Below are positions 19,665 to 29,027 of a stretch of 63,533 nt of DNA, piece by piece. Each line of letters begins with the position of its first letter. The first letter of the stretch is position 1. The stretch lies in the IMG/VR virus record IMGVR_UViG_3300020430_000014, positions 1-63,533 of that record; one strand, 5' to 3'. This DNA comes from a virus. Lineage: Duplodnaviria; Caudoviricetes. The notes beneath the pieces were generated by a model. The model ran no database searches and was not told where the DNA came from. It saw nothing but the letters and a program-made list of their open reading frames with translations. A program made the position numbers and the translations under genes.

Positions 19665-19805
19665 ATGGCAAAAGAGTATAAAGTTAGTGTATCTCTTCCA
19701 CTATCAAAAGACTTGGTAACTAGAGTTCTTAAGAGAACTAAGTTCAAAAATCTTGATGAGTATCTAAATGCAAAACTCCAGGAAGATCTGGAAAGATTAA
19801 CTTGA
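19665..19805 (+). CDS. small protein, possible ribbon-helix-helix fold (46 aa, not in track)
   Basis: MAKEYKVSVSLPLSKDLVTRVLKRTKFKNLDEYLNAKLQEDLERLT; ATAAATA upstream. Confidence 0.45.
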   Translation: MAKEYKVSVSLPLSKDLVTRVLKRTKFKNLDEYLNAKLQEDLERLT

Positions 19806-19811
19806 TACACT

Positions 19812-19819
19812 TATAAATA
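19812..19819 (+). promoter_or_regulatory. T4-type late promoter
   Basis: TATAAATA 20 nt before ATG 19839. Confidence 0.7.
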
Positions 19820-19838
19820 TTATTATATCCTGACAGAT

Positions 19839-20453
19839 ATGAAAAAGTTTTCGCAATTTATTGACGAAGCAAAGTCTCTTGCCTCAATTCAAGGTAAGAG
19901 ACTTGGTTTGGTGCCTGATGGGCATGGGTCTTTTCATGACAAAAAAACTGGTGAATTTATTGCGAAAAACGTTGGCGGTAAATTAAAGTTTTATAACCAA
20001 AACCAAGTTCTTGGTGCAACCGATCCACCACAAAAAAGAACTTCAAACAATCAAAGACCAGTAGCAGCACAAACTTCTAAAATTAAGAAGACAAAAAACA
20101 GTGTAACTACTGAAGTTCCCGAACAACTTACTCGCGAACAAGAGCAAGAACTTAGAGAAAAGTATATTGCTGGTGAGATTTTTTGTGAAGGATCTTTTGT
20201 CCATAACATCAAGACAGACCAGATTGGAAAGATTGTCCGTAGAGGTACAAATCATCTCATCTGTGTAACATCTGAAGATGATATGTTCAAGTCTTGGATT
20301 AGAGATGTTCGTGAATGGACTGAAGTATCGGGGGTTCCTGCCGATCAAAGGTTAGTCGGAACGGATGCTCATAGAGAGTATGCCATGATGATGACGGGCA
20401 CCAAGAAAATTAAGAATTTCATAAATAAATACAAGGCAAAAAAGAAGCACTAG
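19839..20453 (+). CDS. candidate head-internal protein resembling the termini of the cyanophage cytidyltransferase
   Basis: MKKFSQFIDEA N-terminus, GDGHG-like segment, GKIVRRGTNHLICVT...FKSWIRDV; no HxGH motif. Confidence 0.55.
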   Translation: MKKFSQFIDEAKSLASIQGKRLGLVPDGHGSFHDKKTGEFIAKNVGGKLKFYNQNQVLGATDPPQKRTSNNQRPVAAQTSKIKKTKNSVTTEVPEQLTREQEQELREKYIAGEIFCEGSFVHNIKTDQIGKIVRRGTNHLICVTSEDDMFKSWIRDVREWTEVSGVPADQRLVGTDAHREYAMMMTGTKKIKNFINKYKAKKKH

Positions 20454-20457
20454 AGTA

Positions 20458-21810
20458 ATGGCAAACCTTAAGCATGTTGTCTCTGATCTTCATCAGGTAT
20501 ATCTGGCGGAGATGGAAGCAAAGATTAAACCTCAGTTAGATAAGTCTTCTGCATCTTCCAGCGGATCAGATGGCGGTGAGAAGAAAGATAATTCTGCTGG
20601 TGGTGGCGGGGACAATGTTCAGAAGGCAGCAAGACAACTTGCCTATGACACCAGATATAAAGCAAGAAGAGAAGGTATTCCTCTAGAGAGAGCATTTACT
20701 CAATCTGTTCAAAACTCTAGCGCACCTGCTCCTGTTAAGGATGCGGCAAAGAGTCTTCTTTTTTCAGGCGAGAAGAAGGAGTCTGTTGAGATTGATGGAT
20801 CTATTGAAGAAGCAAGAAAGGGTGATAAAGAAAAGGTTCGTGTTACTCCTAAGAAAGGATATGGCGATACCAAAGGATATGTAAGATTTGCTGATGCTAA
20901 GAAGAAGCATGAACTGAGATCAAATCCCCAGATTCAGTCTGTAACTCCTACGGATCATGGCGATGCTTATGAGGGTGAAGGTGATAAAGGTAAGAAGGAC
21001 GATAAGAAAACGTCTGGCAAACTTGATCCTGTCGGCAAGGAAGACGGTGATGTCAACAACGACGGTAAGAAGGATAAGACCGATAAGTATCTGATGAAGC
21101 GCCGTAAGGCAATTGGTAAGGCAATCTCTAAGACCAAAAAAGAAGAGTTCTCTAACTGGAAGGCAGATCTTGGTATCGAAGAAGAGACCATGGTCGAAGT
21201 TGCTGGAGAAGAGAAGCCAAAAAAGATCACTGGTAAAGGTGTAAAGAACAAGATTGAGATTCATCCTGATCTCAAAGAAGGCATCGGTAAACTCGGTGGC
21301 GAAGTTCTTGAGGTTGAAGAAGTTGAAGTAGATGAGGTCTACAAGGGCAAGCACGGTCAGTCCGATAAAGAGTATGCTGCTTCTCGTTCTCAGGGCGGTA
21401 AAATGATCTCTGGCGATGACAAGAGATCTGGTGCTGAATACACCCATGGACGCAGAGTCAAGGCAGCAAACCCTGGTATGCAACCTGATGTGGGTGGCAA
21501 GACCAAACCCAAGTCCCAAGGTAAAATGGACAAGGGCACCAGGGCAGACCTGATGTATCGCAAGGCAAACCTCAAGAAGGAAGAGACTATTCATGAGGAG
21601 AAGCCTTATGAGAGACTTGATCGCTTGAATAAGGAGAGAATCGCTAAGCAGAAGGCAGCAAAAGATGCTGAGACTGCAAAGAGAGACAAGCGTATTTCTG
21701 ACTTCAAAAAGTTCAGAGAAGGTGAGCGTGCTGCGGGAACTCGTCATGATAAGATTCTTGACAAGTGGCAACAGAAAAAAATTGCTGCTGATAAAGCAAA
21801 AAAGCAGTAG
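20458..21810 (+). CDS. Lys/Glu-rich candidate virion-internal protein (short form)
   Basis: 450 aa; charged modules separated by xEE sites; DGDVNNDGKKD Ca-loop; ATAAATA upstream. Confidence 0.7.
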   Translation: MANLKHVVSDLHQVYLAEMEAKIKPQLDKSSASSSGSDGGEKKDNSAGGGGDNVQKAARQLAYDTRYKARREGIPLERAFTQSVQNSSAPAPVKDAAKSLLFSGEKKESVEIDGSIEEARKGDKEKVRVTPKKGYGDTKGYVRFADAKKKHELRSNPQIQSVTPTDHGDAYEGEGDKGKKDDKKTSGKLDPVGKEDGDVNNDGKKDKTDKYLMKRRKAIGKAISKTKKEEFSNWKADLGIEEETMVEVAGEEKPKKITGKGVKNKIEIHPDLKEGIGKLGGEVLEVEEVEVDEVYKGKHGQSDKEYAASRSQGGKMISGDDKRSGAEYTHGRRVKAANPGMQPDVGGKTKPKSQGKMDKGTRADLMYRKANLKKEETIHEEKPYERLDRLNKERIAKQKAAKDAETAKRDKRISDFKKFREGERAAGTRHDKILDKWQQKKIAADKAKKQ

Positions 21811-21840
21811 GCGAGGCAGCACAACCTAGTGCTTCCTCGC
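21798..21840 (+). other. programmed -1 ribosomal frameshift signal (candidate)
   Basis: In-frame A AAA AAG (21798-21804), 6-nt spacer, hairpin gcgagg-c-agcac/aaccta/gtgct-t-cctcgc (21811-21840); -1 frame open to 22310. Confidence 0.7.
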
Positions 21841-22310
21841 TCAGAGCAAAGCAGCAAGACACTGAGCGTCAGCAAATGCAGAATGCGAGAGCTGAGATGG
21901 AGAAATCCAGATCAGCTGCAGGTCAATCTAAGATCAAAGCAAGAAAAGATGCTGAAGATCTTAATGCCAGAATTCGTTCTGTTGCTAGTGAAGAGGCTGG
22001 TTTAGATGAGCGTACTCGTTACGCTAAAGAAACTGGTAAAGACTTCAAGACTGGTAATCCTTCTGAGAAGGGTGGAACCCGTGACGGCAAGAGTGCGTTT
22101 GATAAGGTCTCTCGTGAGATGAGAAAGACTGGTGGCATGATGTCTTCTAGAAAGAATGCCATTCAACCACAAGGTAAGAAGAAGGAAAAGGGTAAGAAGG
22201 GTTATCAAGGTGTAACACCTGTTGATAGAATCAAGAACAAACTTGCCCAAAAGAGAAAGCCTAAACCAGATCCATATGGATATGGTCAAGGTCGCTATCA
22301 GGGTGACTGA
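21804..22310 (+). CDS. -1 frame extension of the 20458 protein (track ORF 21876-22310)
   Basis: Frame open from the slippery site; same Lys-rich composition with ASEE/LDE sites. Confidence 0.65.
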   Translation, partial: AVGEAAQPSASSLRAKQQDTERQQMQNARAEMEKSRSAAGQSKIKARKDAEDLNARIRSVASEEAGLDERTRYAKETGKDFKTGNPSEKGGTRDGKSAFDKVSREMRKTGGMMSSRKNAIQPQGKKKEKGKKGYQGVTPVDRIKNKLAQKRKPKPDPYGYGQGRYQGD

Positions 22311-22363
22311 TTAAAAAATCATTAAGTCTGCTATATAGTCTGTATAGTAGACTGAGGTTCATC

Positions 22364-22576
22364 ATGTTAGCATTCTTGCTCCCATTAGCATCAAAAATTA
22401 TTACTGATGCTGTATCAAAGATTCCTGAGAACGAGGAATTGGGCGAAAAATTAATCGAAATTTGTCTGATGATTCTTGGCAAAGCAGTCAAGTTGACCAA
22501 AACAGACATGGATGATCAACTGCTTGAGGCGGTATCGGCAGCGATCAGAGCACGTTCAGAAGAATCCGCTGAGTGA
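22364..22576 (+). CDS. conserved cyanophage hypothetical protein
   Basis: GAGG SD; AVKLTKTDMDDQLL motif. Confidence 0.7.
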   Translation: MLAFLLPLASKIITDAVSKIPENEELGEKLIEICLMILGKAVKLTKTDMDDQLLEAVSAAIRARSEESAE

Positions 22577-22581
22577 TCCCA

Positions 22582-22604
22582 GGGGAGCATTGCTCCCCTC
22601 TTTT
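22582..22604 (+). terminator. rho-independent terminator
   Basis: ggggagc-att-gctcccc then tctttt. Confidence 0.65.
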
Positions 22605-22619
22605 GTACGGGATGGTTTT

Positions 22620-22627
22620 TATAAATA
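22620..22627 (+). promoter_or_regulatory. T4-type late promoter
   Basis: TATAAATA upstream of 22662. Confidence 0.7.
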
Positions 22628-22661
22628 AAAAAAGGTAACTGAATTTTACGGACAGTAAGAC

Positions 22662-23189
22662 ATGGCACTCTGGGGAAATAGTGATAACGTAACCTCTGCA
22701 GGAACAGTAACCCTGAACTACGCGACTGGTATTTGCACTGGAGGCGGTACAGCCTTTGGCGCAGCGGGTAGTGCTCAGGAAGGTGATGTGATCAGATTCG
22801 GTGATCGCAGCGGTACTTATTTTGGTGATGCTGTAATTGTCAGCATTGCAAGCGCAACTCAATTAACAATTGGTTCTACTGCAGGACTTAGTGGTGCAGC
22901 GATTGCTGCTACCTCGTTCACCGTCTCGCAGTGCCCTGTCAGTTCTATTGGTGATGTCACCTATAGTGAAGGTGCTTCTGGTACAGAAGACAAAGCAATC
23001 TATGGCGTTGCTGCTGCAGGTTTGACTAATACCGCAGGTTCCAAGTATGAACTTGATCATGGTGGTTGGGTTGGTGTTACAACCTATGTTGACCAGCATG
23101 GAGAGTTGAGAGTCAAGAAGGAAGTTCTTGTTGCGATGTCTGGCATCACAACTGGTAACGCTCCTGTATATGACACCAACCCATTCTGA
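22662..23189 (+). CDS. putative virion structural protein
   Basis: MALWG start, Gly/Ala/Thr-rich, HGGWVG...RVKKEVLVAMS; late promoter. Confidence 0.65.
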   Translation: MALWGNSDNVTSAGTVTLNYATGICTGGGTAFGAAGSAQEGDVIRFGDRSGTYFGDAVIVSIASATQLTIGSTAGLSGAAIAATSFTVSQCPVSSIGDVTYSEGASGTEDKAIYGVAAAGLTNTAGSKYELDHGGWVGVTTYVDQHGELRVKKEVLVAMSGITTGNAPVYDTNPF

Positions 23190-23208
23190 TAGTTAGATAT
23201 AATATGGT

Positions 23209-23598
23209 ATGCAGTTTAATGAGTTGAATGAAGATAACTTCCTTCTTTTTGCAATAAAAAATTATGAGAATCCTCAGGCGGTAACAAAAGAGGACTTTGA
23301 TAAAGACTTAAATCACTTTAAGTACATAAAGAGATTGCTAAAGAGATATAGGAATACTGGTCAGTTGAAGACCCATCTTCTAATAAATCATTTTATAGTT
23401 CTTTATAATATTTTTGGAGAAGCAGCAACCCCAATGCTCTTCTACAAAATTGAGAGAGACCTATGGGATGTTATGAAGACATTTATTATTTTTTTAAATC
23501 GTCTTCCAGAGTACCCTAAGACATATATTCATGACATCCCAGTTGACATTTCTTGTCTGTCCGAATTAAGGAAGGTTTATAAAAATGAATCCTCTTGA
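23209..23598 (+). CDS. conserved T4-like hypothetical protein
   Basis: FAIKNYENP, FKYIKRLL, LINHFIVLYNIFG. Confidence 0.8.
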   Translation: MQFNELNEDNFLLFAIKNYENPQAVTKEDFDKDLNHFKYIKRLLKRYRNTGQLKTHLLINHFIVLYNIFGEAATPMLFYKIERDLWDVMKTFIIFLNRLPEYPKTYIHDIPVDISCLSELRKVYKNESS

Positions 23599-23776
23599 TA
23601 AGATAATTGGAATTGTTAGAACCCTAAAGGAAGAGGGTGGACCTACCATGGCAATGGGCAACGGTCAGATTGCTGGATCTTCTGAAGCAGGTGATAATCC
23701 TCCTGTAAGAAAGAAAAAAAGATATATCTTCCAAAGAAATACTCGAAAGAACTGGACACCTAAAAAAGGGCAGTAG
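23585..23776 (+). CDS. hypothetical protein
   Basis: Coupled ORF; LKEE followed by a basic tail. Confidence 0.6.
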   Translation: MNPLDKIIGIVRTLKEEGGPTMAMGNGQIAGSSEAGDNPPVRKKKRYIFQRNTRKNWTPKKGQ

Positions 23777-23777
23777 G

Positions 23778-24185
23778 ATGGCATTTGGACTTGGCAAGTT
23801 AGCAGTTCTGGAGTCAAAATTAGATATCTATGAAGACTTATCCAAAGAGATGCTGGATAAGTTAGAACGTGCTGTAGGTACAATCTCAGAGAATAGTAAT
23901 AAGATTGCTGTTATTTTAGAACGTCATGAGAATAGATTGGATGAAGGCGATAAGTCCAATCAATTGATTGTCAAAATGATTGAAGAGATGAAGGAAACTC
24001 ATGACAAGAGTAATGGCATCCTTCATGACAGAATATCTCAATTGCAGAAGAAGGTAGATCAGAATGCCAAGTTTGTTGTGGGAGCAGCAGCAGTAATTGC
24101 AACCTTTGTGACAGTTCTGCAAGTGGTTCCACCAGTGATAGAAGTATTAACATCAGCTCCAACTCAAGTTAGCGTTCAAAAATAA
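23778..24185 (+). CDS. coiled-coil protein with C-terminal TM helix
   Basis: Heptad pattern then FVVGAAAVIATFVTVL. Confidence 0.7.
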   Translation: MAFGLGKLAVLESKLDIYEDLSKEMLDKLERAVGTISENSNKIAVILERHENRLDEGDKSNQLIVKMIEEMKETHDKSNGILHDRISQLQKKVDQNAKFVVGAAAVIATFVTVLQVVPPVIEVLTSAPTQVSVQK

Positions 24186-24309
24186 ATAATCATGGTTTAA
24201 CCACGAACCATGAAACGAAATAAGAACTCGCTGTACTACTTCCAAAAACTATCAAACTCTGTCTATATGTGGACAAGCATTATGACGGTTTGCTTACTGG
24301 ATTTGGATG

Positions 24310-24338
24310 TTGACAGTAGGTTTTGGGAGTGTTAAGAT
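24310..24338 (+). promoter_or_regulatory. sigma70-like promoter for primase/nrd
   Basis: TTGACA-17-TAAGAT with TG extension. Confidence 0.6.
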
Positions 24339-24359
24339 CCCCACATAGACACCTAAAAT

Positions 24360-25334
24360 ATGGACTTTGTTGACGTTAGGTTCATCAACCTGATATCTAG
24401 TCGCCTGTCAAAATTTAAGAGAGTCAAACCCGACCTCTACAATTTCAGGTGCCCTATCTGTGGTGACTCTGAGAAGACTAAGAATAAAGCTCGTGGTTAT
24501 CTTTATAGGATAAAAAATAATACCAACTACAAGTGTCACAACTGTGGTATTAGTTTGTCCTTCAATAATTTTTTAAAGCAAGTCGAACCTGCTCTTCACA
24601 AGGAATATACACTTGAGAAGTTTAAGGAGGGACACGCTGGTAAAAGTTTTGTCACTAAGGAACCTAAGTTTGAATTTGAGAAACCAAAATTTAAGAAGAA
24701 ATCTAAGATAGGTTTACCAAAAGCATCTGCAAATGTGGATGCCAAGAAATATCTTGAAGATAGAAAACTCGATCCAGATAAATTTTATTATACTGATAGA
24801 TTCAAAGCGTGGACCAATACAAAGGTCAAGACTTTTGATGACGTTACTTATGATGAACCTAGGATTATTATTCCTTTAATTTATCAGGATGAATTGATTG
24901 GATACCAAGGAAGATCACTTGGTCCCAGCAAGGTTAAATACATTACCGTGATGCTTGATGATGACGCACCAAAGATCTACGGATTGGATAACATCAGAAG
25001 AGATGCTCCAGTCTATGTTACAGAAGGACCATTCGACAGCACGTTTATTCGCAACGCGATTGCTATGTGCGGAGCTGATGCTAATATCGATAGTATCGGG
25101 ATTGGCAGTTGCGTGTGGGTTTATGATAACGAACCCCGTAATAGAGAAATCGTCAATCGAATATCCAAGGCAATCGATTCTGGTAAGTCGGTAGTCATTT
25201 GGCCAGATAGCGTAGATGTCAAGGACATAAATGACATGGTAATGTCTGGACTTGACGTTCAAAATCTGGTAGAATCAAACACATACAGTGGCTTACAAGC
25301 AAAGTTAAAGTTTACAAACTGGAAAAAAATATGA
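24360..25334 (+). CDS. gp61: DNA primase (T4 gp61)
   Basis: Zn finger CPICGDS...CHNC; TOPRIM EGPFDS, DNEPRN, KDIND. Confidence 0.96.
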   Translation: MDFVDVRFINLISSRLSKFKRVKPDLYNFRCPICGDSEKTKNKARGYLYRIKNNTNYKCHNCGISLSFNNFLKQVEPALHKEYTLEKFKEGHAGKSFVTKEPKFEFEKPKFKKKSKIGLPKASANVDAKKYLEDRKLDPDKFYYTDRFKAWTNTKVKTFDDVTYDEPRIIIPLIYQDELIGYQGRSLGPSKVKYITVMLDDDAPKIYGLDNIRRDAPVYVTEGPFDSTFIRNAIAMCGADANIDSIGIGSCVWVYDNEPRNREIVNRISKAIDSGKSVVIWPDSVDVKDINDMVMSGLDVQNLVESNTYSGLQAKLKFTNWKKI

Positions 25335-27628
25335 GCAACGGCATTAAGGTAGTTAAGCGTTCAGGGCAAATTGAACCCATTGACCTAGAGAAGATGCACA
25401 AGATGGTTGACGCCGCTTGTGAGGGTCTTGCAGGTGTCTCTGCGAGTCAGGTTGAGATCCAGTCTGGTATTCAGTTTTATGATGGCATCACAACGGGTGA
25501 GATCCAAGAGATTTTGATTCGCTCTGCAAGTGATCTCATTGATTTGGATCATCCCAATTATCAGTTTGTAGCAGCACGTCTCCTGCTCTTTTCTGTAAGG
25601 AAATCTGTCTATGGGAAGATGCGAGATCTCCCAGATCTTCTTTCCCACATCAAAGAGTGTGTAAAGAGGGGTATCTACGATCCAGAAGTGCTAGATAGGT
25701 ATAGTTGCGATGAACTTGAAAAAGTTAATAGTTATATTGATCATCACCGTGACTTCTTGTTCACTTATGCGGGTTTACGTCAGGTCGTTGACAAGTACCT
25801 TGTGCAAGATAGAAGCACTGGAAAAGTTTACGAGTCACCACAGTTTATGTACGTGATGATCGCTCTAACAATCTTTCAAGATTACCCTAAAGAGACGAGA
25901 CTCAACTATGTACGAAGATACTACGACGCAATCAGCAAGCACAAAATCAACATTCCCACACCTATCATGGCGGGAGTGCGAACTCCACTTCGACAATTTG
26001 CTAGCTGTGTTCTTGTTGATGTTGATGACACCCTCGATAGCATCTTTAGTTCTGATATGGCTATCGGCAGATATGTTGCACAAAGGGCGGGAATCGGTAT
26101 CAACGCGGGCAGAATCCGTGGGATCAACGCTAAGATCCGAGGCGGAGAAGTTCAACACACAGGTGTTGTACCATTCCTCAAAAAATTTGAGAGCACTGTC
26201 AGATGCTGCACTCAAAATGGCATTCGAGGTGGAAGCGCGACTGTCCACTTCCCAATCTGGCACCAAGAAATCGAAGACATCATAGTCCTAAAAAATAACA
26301 AAGGAACAGAAGATAACCGAGTTCGCAAACTAGACTACAGTATTCAAATTAGCAAACTGTTCTATGAGCGGTTCATCAAAGATGGAGACATCTCCCTATT
26401 CTCACCTCACGATGTGCCAGGTCTTTACGATGCTTTTGGCACTGACGAGTTTGATGATCTCTATACAAGTTATGAATCTGATGGATCTATTCCGCGCAAA
26501 ACTATCGGCGCTCAAAAACTTGTTATGGATCTCCTGAAGGAGAGAGCAGAGACAGGTCGCATCTACATCATGAATATCGACCACTGCAACACTCACTCCT
26601 CCTTCAAAGACAAGGTGAACATGAGTAACCTGTGTCAAGAGATTACTCTTCCTACAGATCCACTTCAGCATATTGATGGTCAAGGTGAGATTGCTTTGTG
26701 CATCTTGTCCGCAGTTAATGTTGGCAAGGTCAAGTCCGATCATGAACTTGAAGAACTTTGTGATCTGTCTGTCCGTGGACTTGAGGAATTGATTGACTAT
26801 CAGAAGTATCCTATCCTTGCGGCAGAACTCGCTACAAAGGCGCGTAGATCCCTTGGAGTAGGTTTTATCGGTCTTGCTCACTACCTTGCTAAGCTGGGAT
26901 TTAATTATGCAGATCAAGCGGCATGGGATGCGGTCCATGGTCTTTCAGAATCCTTCCAGTATTACTTGCTGAAGTCTTCTAATCAGATTGCAAAAGAGAA
27001 GGGTGCGTGTAGTGCATTCCCACGAACAAAATATGCTGATGGAATTCTTCCCATTGATACATACAAGAGTGATGTAGACGAAATCTCTAGTCAGGAGTAC
27101 GAACGTGATTGGGAATCTCTTAGGGTATCTATCTTGGAGCACGGACTCAGACACAGCACACTGTCCGCACAAATGCCTTCAGAGAGCAGTTCCGTTGTGT
27201 CAAACGCAACCAATGGAATCGAACCGCCTAGAGGATACTTGTCCATTAAAAAATCGAAGAAAGGACCCCTTAAGCAGATTGTTCCACAATACACCACACT
27301 AAAGAATAACTATACCCTTCTTTGGGATATGCCAGACAACACTGGTTATATCAATGTTGTATCAGTGATGCAGAAATTCTTCGACCAAGCAATTAGTGGT
27401 AATTGGAGTTATAATCCAGAGCATTATACCGATAGTGAGATTCCAGTCTCTGTAATGGCAGGAGATCTTCTCAAGACTTACAAGTATGGTTGGAAGACAT
27501 CTTACTATCAAAATACTTATGATTTGAAGACAGATGAGGTCTCTGATGATAAGATGGATAAGTTGGAGTCACTGCTATCTGAACTAGACACTGCTGACGA
27601 AGAGGACTGCGAGTCCTGTAAAATTTAA
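25331..27628 (+). CDS. nrdA: ribonucleotide reductase class Ia alpha subunit
   Basis: ATP cone VVKRSG, FASCVL, SNLCQEI, C-terminal CESCKI. Confidence 0.98.
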   Translation: MSNGIKVVKRSGQIEPIDLEKMHKMVDAACEGLAGVSASQVEIQSGIQFYDGITTGEIQEILIRSASDLIDLDHPNYQFVAARLLLFSVRKSVYGKMRDLPDLLSHIKECVKRGIYDPEVLDRYSCDELEKVNSYIDHHRDFLFTYAGLRQVVDKYLVQDRSTGKVYESPQFMYVMIALTIFQDYPKETRLNYVRRYYDAISKHKINIPTPIMAGVRTPLRQFASCVLVDVDDTLDSIFSSDMAIGRYVAQRAGIGINAGRIRGINAKIRGGEVQHTGVVPFLKKFESTVRCCTQNGIRGGSATVHFPIWHQEIEDIIVLKNNKGTEDNRVRKLDYSIQISKLFYERFIKDGDISLFSPHDVPGLYDAFGTDEFDDLYTSYESDGSIPRKTIGAQKLVMDLLKERAETGRIYIMNIDHCNTHSSFKDKVNMSNLCQEITLPTDPLQHIDGQGEIALCILSAVNVGKVKSDHELEELCDLSVRGLEELIDYQKYPILAAELATKARRSLGVGFIGLAHYLAKLGFNYADQAAWDAVHGLSESFQYYLLKSSNQIAKEKGACSAFPRTKYADGILPIDTYKSDVDEISSQEYERDWESLRVSILEHGLRHSTLSAQMPSESSSVVSNATNGIEPPRGYLSIKKSKKGPLKQIVPQYTTLKNNYTLLWDMPDNTGYINVVSVMQKFFDQAISGNWSYNPEHYTDSEIPVSVMAGDLLKTYKYGWKTSYYQNTYDLKTDEVSDDKMDKLESLLSELDTADEEDCESCKI

Positions 27629-27662
27629 AACTTATAAATTACTTTACTGGAGCGCGAACGAA

Positions 27663-28862
27663 ATGCATCAATACGACTTTGTTGAATCTAAATCAATGAA
27701 CTCTTCAACTACACCAAAACAACTTGAAGGCATGACAGTCTTCAATACTGAACAAGTTAATATTAAAAAGCAACCGATGTTCTTCGGTAAACCACTGGGG
27801 GTTCAAAGATACGATTCATACAAATATCCCGTATTTGACAAACTGACAACTCAACAACTTGGATACTTCTGGAGACCAGAAGAAGTTTCTTTGCAGAAAG
27901 ACCGTGGAGATTATCAAACACTTCGCCCAGAACAAAAGCATATCTATACCTCTAACCTCAAGTACCAGATTATGCTTGACTCCATTCAAGGGCGTGGTCC
28001 TGGGATGGCTTTTATACCTTACTGCAGTCTACCCGAACTAGAAGCATGCATGGAGGTTTGGGGATTCATGGAGATGATTCATAGTCGCTCCTATACATAT
28101 ATCATCAAGAATGTCTATGCAGACCCTTCAGAGGTCTTTGATAAGATTGTTACCGATAAGCGTATCTTAGAACGTGCTAGTAGCGTTACTCAGTCTTATG
28201 ATGACTTCATTAATTGTGCTCATCAGTACGATACTGGTAACATGTGGAAGGGTGACTTTAAAGATTCTCCTACCGCCCAGTGGGAGCGTCGTGAATTGAA
28301 GCGTAAACTTTATAGAGCAGTTGCTAATGTCAATATCCTGGAAGGAATACGGTTTTATGTTTCTTTTGCTTGCAGCTTTGCTTTTGGTGAACTTAAACTC
28401 ATGGAAGGTTCAGCAAAAATTATCTCCCTTATTGCTAGAGATGAAAATCAACATCTCGCCATCACCCAAAACATTCTGAACAAGTGGAAGCAAGGTGACG
28501 ATAAAGAAATGCAAGAGATTGCAAGGGAAGAACAGGAATACGTTTATGCAATGTTTGACCGTGCTGTCAATGAAGAGAAGCGTTGGGCAGACTATCTGTT
28601 TAAGGATGGATCTATGATTGGTCTCAACGACAAACTTCTTCAACAGTATGTTGAGTGGGTTGCTAATCGTCGCATGAAGGCACTTGGCATGAAACCAGTT
28701 TATGATATTGCTGCTAAGAACAATCCTCTCCCCTGGACACAGCACTGGATCTCCTCTAAGGGTCTGCAGGTCGCTCCTCAGGAGACTGAAGTAGAATCTT
28801 ATGTTGTAAGTGGAATTAAGCAAGATGTCAAAAAAGATACATTCTCAGGATTCCAACTCTAA
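27663..28862 (+). CDS. nrdB: ribonucleotide reductase class Ia beta subunit
   Basis: FWRPEEV, EMIHSRSY, EGIRFYVSF, RDENQH. Confidence 0.98.
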   Translation: MHQYDFVESKSMNSSTTPKQLEGMTVFNTEQVNIKKQPMFFGKPLGVQRYDSYKYPVFDKLTTQQLGYFWRPEEVSLQKDRGDYQTLRPEQKHIYTSNLKYQIMLDSIQGRGPGMAFIPYCSLPELEACMEVWGFMEMIHSRSYTYIIKNVYADPSEVFDKIVTDKRILERASSVTQSYDDFINCAHQYDTGNMWKGDFKDSPTAQWERRELKRKLYRAVANVNILEGIRFYVSFACSFAFGELKLMEGSAKIISLIARDENQHLAITQNILNKWKQGDDKEMQEIAREEQEYVYAMFDRAVNEEKRWADYLFKDGSMIGLNDKLLQQYVEWVANRRMKALGMKPVYDIAAKNNPLPWTQHWISSKGLQVAPQETEVESYVVSGIKQDVKKDTFSGFQL

Positions 28863-29001
28863 TTGGAGGGAAGAGTATAAGAATACTCATCGTGTCACTA
28901 AGAGGCAGTTAGAACTACTGGAGAATGGTCCAGATAGTCTAGCTGCCTCTTGGGCTTTGAATGCCATGTATCAGCAGTGGAGACGGGAAAACAATAAATA
29001 A
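28825..29001 (+). CDS. hypothetical protein
   Basis: LLENGPDSLAASW-type small ORF overlapping the nrdB end. Confidence 0.55.
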   Translation: MSKKIHSQDSNSNWREEYKNTHRVTKRQLELLENGPDSLAASWALNAMYQQWRRENNK

Positions 29002-29027
29002 TACTATCAAAGTAAGTATTTCCCGTC

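Noticed and set aside
21808-21810. TAG readthrough or alternative genetic code
   Set aside because: The downstream ORF is in the -1 frame, not in frame, and other genes end normally at TAG.
20920-21822. 300-aa minus-strand ORF
   Set aside because: Antisense shadow of a Lys/Glu-rich gene; Leu/Phe-rich translation with no motifs or expression signals.
24210-24335. 41-codon ORF before primase
   Set aside because: No SD or recognisable motif, and it overlaps the primase promoter; unsupported.
2901-28862. Introns or inteins in gp43, gp41, nrdA, nrdB
   Set aside because: All are uninterrupted and of normal length, with no intein or intron signatures seen.
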